From Hemiscyllium ocellatum (lineage: Eukaryota), in assembly GCF_020745735.1 (NCBI RefSeq), contig NC_083409.1, forward strand, positions 15,905,873 through 15,969,872: 64,000 nt of DNA. Direction: 5' to 3'. The position numbers were made by a program, and so were the translations under genes. Of this stretch, positions 22,430 through 34,129 are shown piece after piece. The notes under the pieces were generated by a model, which made no database searches, had not been told where the DNA came from, and was given only the letters and a program-made list of their open reading frames with translations. Numbering within the stretch: position 1 is the first letter of the stretch; each line of letters starts with the position of its first letter.

Positions 22430-25200
22430 CAATAGAACAAACTTAAAGAGTTTGTATCTAAATGCACAAAGCATTCTGAGTAAGGTTGACAAAGTGATGT
22501 CACAAATCCAGGTAAATTGAGTTTCCAAGGAATTTAAACTAGTTAAAGTTGAGGAGGGCTCAGGAAAGGTTATTCAAGTTTCTAGAAGATGTAAAAGGAC
22601 AGAGAATGTGGAAAGGATCAGGAATCGAACATAAAGCACAGCAGATAAGGGGACAATGATGGGAAGGAGGGCAATCAATGCAGGACTAAGGGTGTTGTAC
22701 TTTAATGCACACAATATACACAATGAGCCTGTAGTGCAGATTGAAACTGGCAGGTACAATGTTGTGGGTATCACAGAGACATGGCTGAAAGGGAATTCGG
22801 GCTGGGAACTAAATATTCAAGGATGCATGTCCTATCAAAAGGACGGGCAGATGGGCAGAGGGGGAAGAGTTGCCTTGTTAGTGAGAAATGAAATTAAATC
22901 AATAGCAAGAAGTGATGTAGAGTTAGAAGGTGTAGAATCTGTGTGGGTAGAGCTGAGGAACTGCAATAAATAAAGAATCTGATGCAAGTTATGTCCAGGT
23001 CTCCAAGCAGTAATCAGAGTGTGGGGAAGGAAATCAGTCAGGAGACAGAAAATGTCAGGGCAGACTTCAATGGATAGGTGGGCTGGGTAGTGTATCTCAA
23101 GGAAAGGATTTCATGGAATGTCGATGATTTTGGAGCAGCTTGTGGTTGAGCCATTATGGAACTGGCAGGTCTGGATTCAGTGATGTGTATTGAGGCAAAC
23201 TTGATTAGTGAGTTTAAGGTGAAAGTATCCCTGTGGATAAGTGACCATAATACGATAGAATTCCCCCTGTAGTTTGAGAGGGAGAAGCTGCAATCAGATT
23301 GAACAGTATTTCAGTTGAGTAAAGGTAACTCAATGTGGTGGAGAATAGTGGGAAGCCCGAGAATTAGGAAGCCTTTAAAAACCTGCAGAGGATAACTGAA
23401 AAAGCATTAAGGGTGGAGAATGTGAAATGTGGGAGTTATCTAGCCAGTAATATAAAAGAAGATTGCAGGAGTTTTATCAGGTGTATAAAAAGGAAGAGGG
23501 AGTCAAAAATAGACTATGGATCACTGGAAAATGAGGCTGGAGAAAGAATAACAGGAAATGAAGGAATAGCAGAGGAATTGAATAGATATTTTGCCTCAGT
23601 CTGCACCATGGAAAACACCAGCAGTGTCCCAGTAATTCAAGACTGTCAGGGGTCGGAGGGGTGTGTAGTGGCCATCACTAAGGAGGAGGTACTGGGGAAG
23701 CTGGAAGGTCTGAATGTGGATAACTCACCCAGACTGGATGAACTACACCCATGTGTTCTGAAGGAGATCGCTGAGGAGATTGTGGAGGCATTGGTGATGA
23801 TCTTTCAGTAATCAATGGAGTCAGGGTATGGAGGTGAGATGGGGACGGATTTGGTGGGGGCAAGGGACAGGAAAATGGCTCACATACCACCCCTGTTTCA
23901 GAAGGGAGGGAGGTAGAAGGTGGGACATTGTAGGCCAGTTAGCCAGGACTCAGTTGTTGGTAAGGTTTTAGACTTCAATTTAAGGATGAAATTGCAGAGG
24001 ATTGGAAGTGCAATGGCTTCATCAAGGAGACGTCATGCCTGGCAAATCTGTTAGAATTCTTTGAGGAGGCAATGAGCCAGTCAGACAAAGGAGAGTCCGA
24101 GGAAGTAATCTCTTTGGATTTCCACAAGGCATTTGACATAAGATAAGCGCCCACAGTATTAGTGGCAATGTAGTGGCATGGATTGAAGACTGGCAGGTTG
24201 GCATAAAGCAGAGCATGAGGAACAATGGCCGCTGGTGACTAGTAGAGTTCTGCAGTTGTCAATGTTATGGCCATAACTATTCACGTTATACATTAACAAT
24301 CTGGATGAAGGAAGTGAAGACATTGTTGCTAAGTTTGCAGGTGACATGAGGTAGGTGGAGGGACAGATAGTGTTGAGGAAGTGGGAAGGCTGTAAAATCT
24401 CCTGGATAGGCTCGGAGAGTGGGCAAAGAAGTGGCAGATAGAACACAATGTGTGACAGTGTGAGGGTGTGCACTTTGGGAGGAAGAAGAGATGCAAAGAC
24501 TGTTTGCTAAATGAGGAAAGCCTTTGGAAATCTAAAGCACAAACCTCATTCAGGTTTCCCTTCAGGTTAACAGGCAGGTCCAGTTTGTGCTTGGGAAGGC
24601 AAATGAAATGATAGCATTCATTTCAATAGGGCCAGAATACAAGAGCAGAGATGTACTGCTGAGGCTGTGTAAGGCTCTGGTCAGACTGCATTTGGAATAT
24701 TGTGAGCAGATTTGGGACCCATATTCTAAGAAACAATGTGCTGGCATTGGAGGGGTTTACAAGAATGATCCTGGGGATGAAAGGCTTGTCATATGAGGCG
24801 TGGTTGAGGACTCTGGGTCTGTACTCAATGGAGTTTAGAAGGATGAGGAGGGATCTTATTGAAATTTGCAGAATACAGATAGGCCTGGATAGAGTGGATG
24901 CAGGACAGACTCGGGAACCAAGGCACAGCCTCAGAATGAAGGGCCGACCCTTTTGAGCTGAGGTGAGGAGGAATTTCTTCAGCCAGAAGGTGGTGAATCT
25001 GTGGAACTCATTGTTACAGAGGGCAGGGGAGGCCAAGTCACTGAGTGTACTTAAGACAGAGATAGATAGGTTCGTGATTGTGAAGGGGATCGAACGTTCT
25101 TGTGGAGTAGCCAGGAGAATGGGGGTGAGAAGCATATCTGCCAAGATCAAATGGCAGAGCAGATTCAATGGGCTGAATGGCTGATTTCTGCTCCTATTTC
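22430..25200 (+). mobile_element. Decayed CR1-type LINE (APE-RT-3' tail)
   Basis: LYFNAHNI / VVGITETWL endonuclease remnants, NSPRLDELHPCVLKE and DFHKAFD RT remnants, 3' tail near 25200. Confidence 0.8.
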
Positions 25201-27881
25201 TTAAAGACTTCTGGAGAGTTTCCCCAAAACCTTGGAACACTGAACCCACTGGACTGTGAGCCCTGCTGGAGCTGTTTGTCATCAGAACTTTGCCAAGAGA
25301 CAACCAAAGAGTGGAGAGAGTGTGCATCCATGTGGGAATTTCAGAATGTTTCCCAGCTCCTGGAATACCATGAGTACAGGAAGTGAGGTCTGTGACAGCA
25401 GTTAGAGCTCTGGGTTTTGGAGCTTGAGCAGCAGCTGGTGTCAGTGCGGAGCGTCCGTGAGGCTGAGAGCTCCGTGGAGAGCACGTTTCTAGATGTGGTC
25501 ACTCTGCAGCCTCAGAGTATGCAGGGAGAGAGGGAATGGGGGAGCAGCAGACAGTCCAAAAGGATCAGGCAGCTAGTATAGGAGTCCCCAGGCATCCTAC
25601 TCTCCAACCAGGATACAGTTCAGAATCCTGATGAGAATGATGGTTCATCTGGAGAGTGCAGCCAGAGCCAAGTCCATGGCATCACTGGTGACTCAGCTAT
25701 AATGGGGGGTTGCCTGGGTGGGGGGGGGCGGGGGGGGAGGTGAGGGGGTGGTGGTATTAGCAAGACTGGAAGAGTGATCGTAAAAGGAGATTTTGAGACT
25801 GAGGGCATCGATAGGTGTTTCTGCAGCTGCAGATGGGAATCCAGGATGGTGTGTTGTCTCCCTGGTGCCAGCGTCAAGGATGTCACTGAGCGACTGCAGA
25901 GCACCCTGAGGGGAGAGGGGGAACAGGCAGCAGTCGTGGTCCACATCGGTCCCAGTGACAGAGGGAGAAAAGGGATGTAGTCCTGCAGTCAGAATTTAGG
26001 GAGCTCAGAAGGGAATTAACATCAGGAACTCAAAAGTAGGAATCTTCAGATTACTCCCAGTGCCCCAGGCAAGTGACAAGAGGAGCAGGAGGATAACACA
26101 AGTGACTGTGGGGCTGGAAAGAGGATCCAGGAGGGAGGGTTTTAGATTCTTGTGACATCGGGACTGGGTCTGGGGGAGATGGGACCTGGATAGACCAGAC
26201 AGCGTTGCTCCTGAACAGAGCTGGCACTGAGCTCCTTTGAGGTGATCTACTCGTGCTGTTGGAGAGGGTTTAAACTAACTTGGCAGAGCTGTGGGAGTCA
26301 GGAGGGACTGTCAGAGAGGAACACCAAGGTCCACAGAATCATCAGTGCAGTCAATAAGTCACCACCCAATGGGAAGGATTTAGAGGAATACATTTGCAAG
26401 GAATTTACAGTGACCTGCAAATATAATAGTCATTACAAATGGGGTTGGGGGGGGGGGGGAATTTCTTTAATTTCTGAATATAGACTGGGGTAGTAGCAGT
26501 GTGAAGGACAGAGGGGCCAGAGTCGTGAGAGTGTGTTCATGTGAATTTTCTCCAGCCGCATGTTTCCAGTCCAATGAGAAAGGAGGCTCTGCTAGATCTG
26601 GATCTTGGAAATGAGGAGGCCCAAGTGGATCACGTGTCAGTGAGAGGACACTTAAGGAAGAGTGATCATTGTATCACAAAGTTGAGGGTGACGGTAGAAA
26701 AGAACAAAGGCCTTTTCAGGGTCAAACATCTTCACTGGGGAAAATGCCAGCTTCTATAGGATATGGATGTATCGGATCTGAATAAAGTTGGATCAAAGGT
26801 TGGCAGGAAAGTCCTGAAAAGAATAGTAGAGGATGTGGACCAGGTATAGTCGAGATACATTTGAAGGAGGGCAAACAATTCCTGAACTTACTCAAGGGCA
26901 AAAGTGGGAGAATTATGGTAAATAAGAAAAGGGCAAAAGAGTAACTAGAGAGAGAATAGGGCCCCATGAAGATGAACAATGTACCTCTGGGTGGATCCAC
27001 AGGAAATGGTTTAGGTCTTAAATGAATATTCCAGGTCAGTATTTATCATGGAGAAAGACATGGAAATTTGGGAACTTGGGAAATAAATAGTAATGTCTTG
27101 ACACAAGTCCACATTATAGAAGAAGATTTCTTAAAGTGCAAGACGGTAGATAAATCTCCAGGACCTGATCAGGTGTATCCCAGGACATTGTGGAAAGCGA
27201 GGAAAGAGATTGCTGGACCCCTTGCTGAGGTATGTTTCTGATTGACAGCCATGAGTGAGGTTCTGGAGAACCAGAGAGGTTGGCTAATGTTAGCCATTAT
27301 TTAAGAAAGGCTGTAAGGAAAAGCCAGGGAACTATAAACCAGTGAGCCTGATGTCATTGCTGGGTAAGTTATTGGAGTGAATTCTGAGGGACAGGATTTA
27401 CATGCATTTGGACAATCAATGCAGTTTTGTGCATGGTAATCGTGTCTCACTAACGTGATTGAGGTTGTTTGAAGAGAAGATTGATGTAGGCAGAACAGTA
27501 CACACTGTCTATATGGACTTCAGCAAAGCATTTGACAAGGTTCCACATGATAGACTGATTAGTAAGATTAGGCCACATGGGATCCAGGGGGAGCTAGCCA
27601 TTTGGGTAAAAAAAAATGACTTCAAGATAGGAGACAGAGAGTGGTGGTAAGTGGTTGCTTTTCAGACTGGAGATCAGATGTCAGCTGTGTGCCACAAGGA
27701 TTGGTGCTGGGTCCATGGCTTTTCATCATTTAAATAAATGATTTGGATGTGAATATAGGAATTATGGCGAGTTTGTAAATGACCCCAAAATTGGTGGTAC
27801 AGTGGATAGTGAAGAAGCTTATCTGAGAGTACAGTGGGACCTTGATCATTTGGGGAAATGGGCAGAGGTGTGGCAAATGGA

Positions 27882-28093
27882 CAAAAGTGCAGACTGCAGA
27901 TGCTGGAAACCAGAGTTTAGATCAGAGTGGTGCTGGAAAAGCACAGCATGTCAGGCAGCATCCGAGGAGCAGAAAAATCGACTTTTCGGCTAGAGGAATA
28001 CTGATGAAGGGCTTTTGCCCGAAACGTCGATTTTCCTGCTCCTCGGATGTTGCCTGACCTGCTGTGCTTTTCCAGCACCACTCTGATCTAAAC
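27882..28093. mobile_element. Snap-back Penelope-derived insertion with hammerhead motif and TSD, inside the J-C intron
   Basis: Flanked by GTGTG(G/A)CAAATGGA (27868-27881 and 28094-28107). Intact plus-strand core CTGATGA-A-GGGC-TTTT-GCCC-GAAAC-GTC at 28001-28028. Confidence 0.8.
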
Positions 28094-28220
28094 GTGTGAC
28101 AAATGGAGTTCAATTTAGATAAATGTGAGATGTTGCATTTTGGAAAGTCAAACCAGGGCAGGACTTATACTGTTAATGGTGGGGCCCTGTGGAGTGTTGC
28201 TCAACAAAGTGACCTCAGGG

Positions 28221-28290
28221 TGCAGGGGCAGGGGCAGGGGCAGGGGCAGGGTGCAGGGGCAGGGGCAGGTGCAGGGGCAGGGGCAGGGGC
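28221..28290 (+). repeat. (GGGGCA)n hexamer repeat
   Basis: About 11 imperfect GCAGGG(G) units expanded inside the CR1 copy. Confidence 0.9.
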
Positions 28291-29197
28291 ATTATTCCTT
28301 GACAGTGGAGTCACAGGGAGACAGGGAGATGAAGAAGGTGTTGGGTACACTTGCCTTTATTGGTCACTGCACTAAGTATCAGAGTTGGGACATCATTTGC
28401 AGCTGTACAGGAAATTGGTGAGGCTACTTTGGGAATAATGTCAACAATTCTGATCATCCTGTGATAGGAAGGATGCTGTTAAACTTAAAATTCTGCAGAA
28501 AAGATTTACATGGATGTTGCCTGGAACTGGAGGGTTTGAGCTGTCGGAAGAGGCTCAATAGACGGGTTATTTTTCCTGCAGGATCGGAGACTGAGGGGTG
28601 GCCTTATAGATGTTTATAAAATCATGACGGGCATGGACAGGGTGTACATCCCAGGTCTTTGCCTTGGGAAAGGGAATCCAAAACTAGAGGGTATAGGTTT
28701 AAGATGAGAGGCAAAAGATCCAAAAGGGACCTGAGGGGTAACTTGTCACACAGAGGGTGGTGCGTGTACGGATCGAGCTGTCAGAGAAAGTGCTGGAGAC
28801 GGATACAATTATAACATTTAAAAGATGTTTGGATGGGTACATGAATAGGAAGGGTTTAGAGGGATGTGGGCTAAATGCTGGCAAATGGGATGAGGTCAGT
28901 TTTGGATATCTAGTTAGCATGGAGAAGTTAGACTGAAAGATCTGTTTCCACGCTGTATGACTCCGTGACCATTAGAGGCTGGAAAAGCTGAGATCTTTTA
29001 CCCTGAAGTGCCGGAGGCTGAGGAGTGACCTTATAGAGGTTTATAAAATCATGAGGGACATAAATAATGTGAATAATGCAGGAAGGAGGTGAATGTTTTG
29101 TAGAGCTGGCAAACATATGCACAAAGATCATTCCAGGGATGAGGAATATCAGTTATGAAGATAGATTGGAGAATTTGGGACTGTCTTCTTTGGAGAA

Positions 29198-29399
29198 AGT
29201 TACAGATCACACAACATCAGGTTATAGTCCAACAGGTTAATGTGGAAGCACTAGCTTTTGGAACGCCGCTGACAACCATTTGATGAAGGAGGGGCGCTCC
29301 GAAAGCTAGTGCTTCCAAATAAACCCCCTGTTGGACTATAACCTGGTGTTGTGTGATTTTTAACTTTGTCCACCCCAGTCCAACACCGGCACCTTCAAG
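29198..29399. mobile_element. Second-family snap-back Penelope-derived insertion with TSD
   Basis: 11-bp TSD TCTTTGGAGAA (29187-29197 and 29400-29410), inverted arms, and tTGATGA-A-GGAG-GGGCG-CTCC-GAAA-GCTA at 29280-29308 (first core C mutated). Confidence 0.75.
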
Positions 29400-29850
29400 T
29401 CTTTGGAGAAGGCAGCGAGGAGAATTGTTCCAGAAATTCAAAATCAGGAGGGGCCTGGAACAGAGTAAATAGGGAGAAAATGATTCCACTTGTGAAAGGA
29501 TTGAGACCGAGAGGCCACAGATTGAAAGTAATTGGAAAAGTAAGAAAAGTGAGATGAGGGAAAACATTTTCAGCCAGTGGGTGGTTAAGGTGTGGAATGC
29601 ACTGCCTGAGAGTGTGGTGGAGGCAGCTTCAATTGAAACATTCCGAAGGGAATGAGACTGTTATCTGAAAAGGAACAATGTGCAGGGTGACAGGGAGAAG
29701 GCAGGAGAATGACACTCAGTGAATTGCTCATTCGGAGAGCTAGTCCAGACAGGATGGGTGGAATGGCCTCCTTGTGCACTGTAACAATTCTGTGATTGTG
29801 TGATTGAGCAGAGTTAAAGCTGGGGGAGGTGGGAGCTCGGTGTCTCACTG

Positions 29851-29852
<2 letters not shown>

Positions 29853-29888
<36 letters not shown>
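29853..29888 (+). repeat. (CTG)12 microsatellite in the J-C intron
   Basis: Counted directly; the paralogous site has (CAG)6 at 63873-63890. Confidence 0.95.
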
Positions 29889-30263
29889 AGGTCAGTGAGA
29901 TCAGAGACTGGGACAGGGAGCCAGAGCTCACATCAAACTCTGCCCCGTGTCCGTCACACTGAGACTGGCAGGAGGCTACTCACTGATTTCACTCCATGCT
30001 GCAGGAATGGGACCACAGGCTGCAAATGGACAGAGCTCCTCCACACGGTGAGTAAAACTTACTGACTTATATCTTGCTTTTTTTAAAGAGGGCATGAAAG
30101 TAAAGAAATACAGCTGGACACCCTGTTAGACACAGTGCTCCTCAATCAACCATTTCATTCACTGCAGCTTCCCACTAACACCTTCAACAAATCAGCAACT
30201 GTATTTTAGAAAGTGTGTTTCAGTATTGAAAGGGTTAATAACAGAGGATTGAGGTTTACTTAC

Positions 30264-30298
30264 TCAGTCTGAGCTTGGTTCCTTTACCGAACGTAAGC
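30264..30298 (-). CDS. IGKJ: Ig kappa J segment (LTFGKGTKLRL), intact, GT donor
   Basis: FGXG motif; donor CTG A|GTAAGT at 30258-30263; A+TC splices in frame to C. Confidence 0.96.
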
Positions 30299-30337
30299 CA
30301 CAGTGAGAGCTCCCAGTGCAGAGGCTGTACAAAAACC
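30299..30337 (-). other. 23-bp-spacer recombination signal sequence of J
   Basis: CACAGTG (30299-30305), 23 nt, ACAAAAACC (30329-30337): full consensus. Confidence 0.97.
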
Positions 30338-30773
30338 TCAGCTCTCTGCTTCCCTCTTATCACTGTCAACCTCTCTCTGTCTCTGTGTGTCTATCGCTCA
30401 CTCTCACCCTCTCCCTGCCCCTCTCTGTCTCTCCCTCATTCATGTGTCTTTCTCTCTCTGTCTCTCTGGGTTGTTTCCAGCTGGGCTCGGGAGGTTTGTG
30501 AAATTTATTTTTCGATGTTAAATCTTGAGGCAGCTCTTCACATGTGGCCATGGAGTGTAAGAGGGAAACTTGAGGCCTTCAGTGAGCGTTGAGACACCAC
30601 AGGGACTGGAGTGTGCCGTGGACAGTGGAAATCCCAGTTTGGGGTAATTTGATCAGTTTCATTCAGATCTAACTGGATATATCACTTCAGGCGGTGAGAC
30701 TGTGTGTTCATTATTATACATTTTATGTAACTGTGCGATGTGTCAGTCCAGGAGGTGGTGTTGTGCGTGTTGA

Positions 30774-30801
30774 GGTTTTTGTACAGCTCTGTGTCACTGT
30801 G
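30774..30801 (-). other. 12-bp-spacer recombination signal sequence of V
   Basis: Minus strand CACAGTG, ACACAGAGCTGT, ACAAAAACC: full consensus. V-12/J-23 is the kappa configuration. Confidence 0.97.
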
Positions 30802-31100
30802 TTGAGGGTAGCTGCTATACTGCTGACAGTAATAGTCAGCGACATCCTCATTCTGAACGTTGCTGATTGTCAGGGTGAAACTGGTCCCTGATCCACTGCC
30901 GGTGAATCGATCGGAGACTCCTGTGAATCGAGTTGTTGCATAATAGATCAGGAGAGAGGGTTTCTGACCTTCTCGCTGCTGGTACCAAGCAAGGTAGCTG
31001 CTAATGCTTTGACTGGCCTTACAGGTGATGGTTGCGGTCTGGCCCAGTCCCACTGACAGCACCGGGGGAGACTGGGTCATGGTGATGTCCCCACTGATAC
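30802..31100 (-). CDS. IGKV: Ig kappa variable exon (L-part2 + V), intact, unrearranged
   Basis: Acceptor CCCCTCAG|GTATC. Reads [100 protein letters not shown], with both Cys and the WYQQ motif. Confidence 0.97.
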
Positions 31101-31286
31101 CTGAGGGGTCAGAGAGAAACACAGTGAAGTCAGAACTGTCACACAAAGAGCCTGTCAAATGAGAGATTGTTGGAGACACTGAGCATTCCTCTGGTTTCAG
31201 CATTTTCCCTTCAATCACAAGTCAGTGGAATTGGAGTGAAATGGAGAGCAGCTAAAGATTCAAGGTGGAAGGAGAGAGATTTGTAC

Positions 31287-31335
31287 CTGCGACACAGAAT
31301 GCCAGGGGCCAGATCAGCTGGATGTGTGAAATCAT
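31287..31335 (-). CDS. IGKV: Leader (signal peptide) exon of V-kappa 1
   Basis: ATG...MISHIQLIWPLAFCVA-G|GTACAA, 49 nt, phase 1 matching the V exon. Confidence 0.93.
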
Positions 31336-31395
31336 GGTGTGTGCTCCTGTCCCTGTGCCTGGTTCCTGATAAACTCTCCCTTCACTGGGCTCTGC

Positions 31396-31475
31396 TTTAT
31401 AAAGCTGCAGCCTGTGAGAGTCTGACTGGGTGTTCCTCAGTATGTAAATGGCATCAGGCAGAGAGAGCCACGTCA
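31396..31475 (-). promoter_or_regulatory. V-kappa 1 promoter: TATA box, variant octamer, CRE/UPRE-like motif
   Basis: TATAAA 31396-31401; ATTTACAT 31442-31449 (octamer ATTTGCAT with one change); TGACGTGG 31468-31475; (CT)n just upstream. Confidence 0.75.
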
Positions 31476-31488
31476 GCCCCTCACACTT

Positions 31489-31525
<37 letters not shown>

Positions 31526-32554
31526 AGAGTCATTGATGTGAACAACATTGAATGAGGCCATTTGGCCCATTGTGTCTGTGCTGGTAAACAGCGGTCTGAT
31601 GACACTAATCCCATCCTCCAGCTCTTGGCCCGTTACCCTGGAGGTTACAGCAACACAAGGGAATATCTAAACACTGCTCCAATGTCACGAGAGTTTGTGA
31701 CTCAACCAGCCTTTCAGGCAGTGAGTTCCAGACTCCCACCACCCTCTGGGTGAAAACATTTCTTCTCAACTCTCCTCTCACTCTCCAACTCTCCAACTCG
31801 CCTGGCCATGGACTCACTCGTGTTCAGAACGATGAGAGGGGATCTGATTGAAACATATAAAATTGTAACAGGGCTGGGCAGGGAGGAGGTTTCCCCTGGT
31901 TGGGGAGTCTGGAACCAGGGGACACAGGCTCAGGGGGATACAGGGTAGACCATTTAGGACTGAGATGAGGAAACATTTCTTCACTCAGAGGGTGGTCAAC
32001 CTGTGGAATTCGCTACCACTGAAGGCTGTGGAGGACAAGGAACTGAATATATTCAAGAAAACAAGAGAGATAATTGTTTTGCATTTTAACAACTTGAAGA
32101 GAATGGGGAGAACGCAGGAATATGGCTTTGAGAGAGAGGATCAGCCATAGATCATAGAATGCCTACAGTGTGGAAACAGGCCATTTGGCCCGACAAGCCC
32201 ACACTGACCCTCGAAGAAATTATGACATTCAAAAATTGATACAGCCATGATCATACTGAATGACAGAGCAGACTCAAAGGGCCGAATGGCCTACTGCTGC
32301 TCCAAGTTTCTACGTGTCCATGTCTGTGTTACCTTCAATCTCTGTACCAGGTTTTTAAGTCTTTTACTCATGTAAAAAGTGCCATCCTACCTACCCTGTC
32401 ACTGTTCTGAATAATCTTATCCCTCTCTATCAGGTCCCTGTTAAGCCTTCACTGCTCAAAGCTCACATTCAGGCAGCATCCTGGGAAATCTCCCCTGTAC
32501 CCTCTCAGGTACAATCACATTCTTCCCAGAGTGTGGTGACCAGGACCTGTCCCT

Positions 32555-33178
32555 CTCTCTCTCTGACTCACATCTGCCATTTCTTTCTCTCTACCTCTAC
32601 CTCTCTCTCCCACTGTTAATCTCTTTCATGTTCTCTCTCTCTCTCTCTCTCTCCCTCTCTCTCACACACACACACACTCTGTCTCATAGCCACTCTCTCC
32701 AACTCACTGATGCTTTCTCACTCCATCTTATCATCTGTTTCTCCATCTCTCACTGTCTCTGTTACTCGCTCCCTCTCTCACTTCAATTAAAAGCCTCCAA
32801 TTGTTATCTGTCACTCTCTATTCCTCCCTCTTTCTCTCTCCTTCCCTCTCGACCTCCCAATTTACAGTCTCTCTCCCTCTCTCTCTCTGTCATTATAAAT
32901 CTACCCATACTCATCTCTCTCTCTCACACTCAACCCTACCCTCCCTCTCAACTCTCTTCATGCTTAGTCTCACACCCATCCTGTCTCTCACTCTCTCTCT
33001 CCTTGTCTCTTTGTCTCTCTCCATCCCTCTCAGTCACACTGTCTCACATCTTGTTTCACTCTCTATCCCTCAGCCTCACCATTTCTACCTCCCTCTACCT
33101 CTCTCGGTCCCCTCACATATCTTACACCGCATCAGATGCTCGTCCCTCTATCTCTCTCTCTCACTTTCTTTCTTTCTT

Positions 33179-33214
<36 letters not shown>

Positions 33215-33270
33215 CCACACTCACTATTTTTCCCTCCATCTCTCTCTCTGCCTCACTGCTCTCTCTTTCT
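32555..33270. repeat. CT-rich low-complexity/microsatellite block
   Basis: (CT)n and (CA)n tracts; a shorter GA-rich mirror lies at about 60930-61300. Confidence 0.85.
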
Positions 33271-34129
33271 GACAGTGTCCTGGGTGGTGACAGTTGAATG
33301 CAGGATAAATCTCCCTCTGCTCTGCCCCACTAATGGATGTTAACCCTTGACCCCTGTCTTCTCCTGGAGTAAGGCCCCATTTCCACGTTGACCAGGGTTT
33401 GGCCTCTGTCAGGAAGATGGACAGATTCTGGTCAAATGAAGGGCAGTTCTGTGCAGTTCTGTGCTGTTGGCCTATTCTCACTGGGGACTGATTTGGACAC
33501 AAAGCTCATTCCATGAAGGCCCAGCAGAGAGAGGAGATCCTCAGGCCATCAGCGTGAGTTGGAGGCACAGGACAAGCTCTGACCCACTGACCCATCCTGT
33601 CCATTCACAACATGTTCCAATCCCTTCCCCTCTCCTTCCCCTTCCATGGTCAGTCTTTTCTGAAATGGAGTGGTCCCTTCCCTGTCTCACACCAAGGAGG
33701 AGATGGACAGATATTTAATGGGTAATGGGTTAAAGGATGATGGAGAGTGGGCAGGAAAGTGGAGTTGAGTCTGAGATGGGATCAGCCATGATTGTATTAA
33801 ATGGTGGAGTGGGCTCAAGGGGCTGAATTGCCTGCTCCTGCTCCTAGTTCTTATGTTCCTCCACCCTCTCCCCCATCCCTCTTACTGCAACTTTGTGAAC
33901 ATTCTTGGAATGTTTGGACATTGAAGGAGTTATGTGAATTCAAGATTTGTGTGGATTTAATGTGGGGACAGAATTGCACACGGGCTGTGATAGCTCCTGC
34001 GGTTGAATATCCTGCTGGCAGGCTTCCGCCTTCCATATACAGAATGGGGAAGTGGGGGAGGTGGGAATGTACTGCTGGGGTACACGGCACTGTCCTCTAG
34101 CAATGTGGTTGACTCTCTAGTGCCCTCTG

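Larger units (their letters stand above)
25300..28965 (+). mobile_element. Decayed long CR1-type LINE (ORF1 with esterase domain, ORF2 remnants)
   Basis: SRMVCCLPGASVKDVTERLQ (CR1 ORF1 SGNH-esterase region) and VYMDFSKAFDKVPH (RT), with nested insertions. Confidence 0.8.
29743..33657 (-). repeat. Segmental duplication arm 1 (J-proximal intron, J, V, leader, upstream region), inverted partner of 60532-64000
   Basis: Colinear reverse-complement similarity including shared LINE junctions upstream of the leader. Confidence 0.9.

Noticed and set aside
28103-28421. Gly/Gln/Ala-repeat ORFs
   Set aside because: Produced by the (GGGGCA)n expansion inside a decayed CR1.
29829-30065. ORF MGARCLTVLLLL... 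resembling a signal-peptide exon
   Set aside because: It starts at GTG, not ATG. The poly-Leu is a (CTG)12 microsatellite, and the paralog diverges in frame after the repeat.
18843-30263. Predominantly antisense orientation of LINE fragments in the J-C intron
   Set aside because: A general, well-known intronic bias, with exceptions here (e.g. 19990-20310); not specific to this locus.
32628-33343. Long Ser/Leu-rich ORFs (214 and 180 aa)
   Set aside because: Translation artefacts of (CT)n low-complexity sequence.
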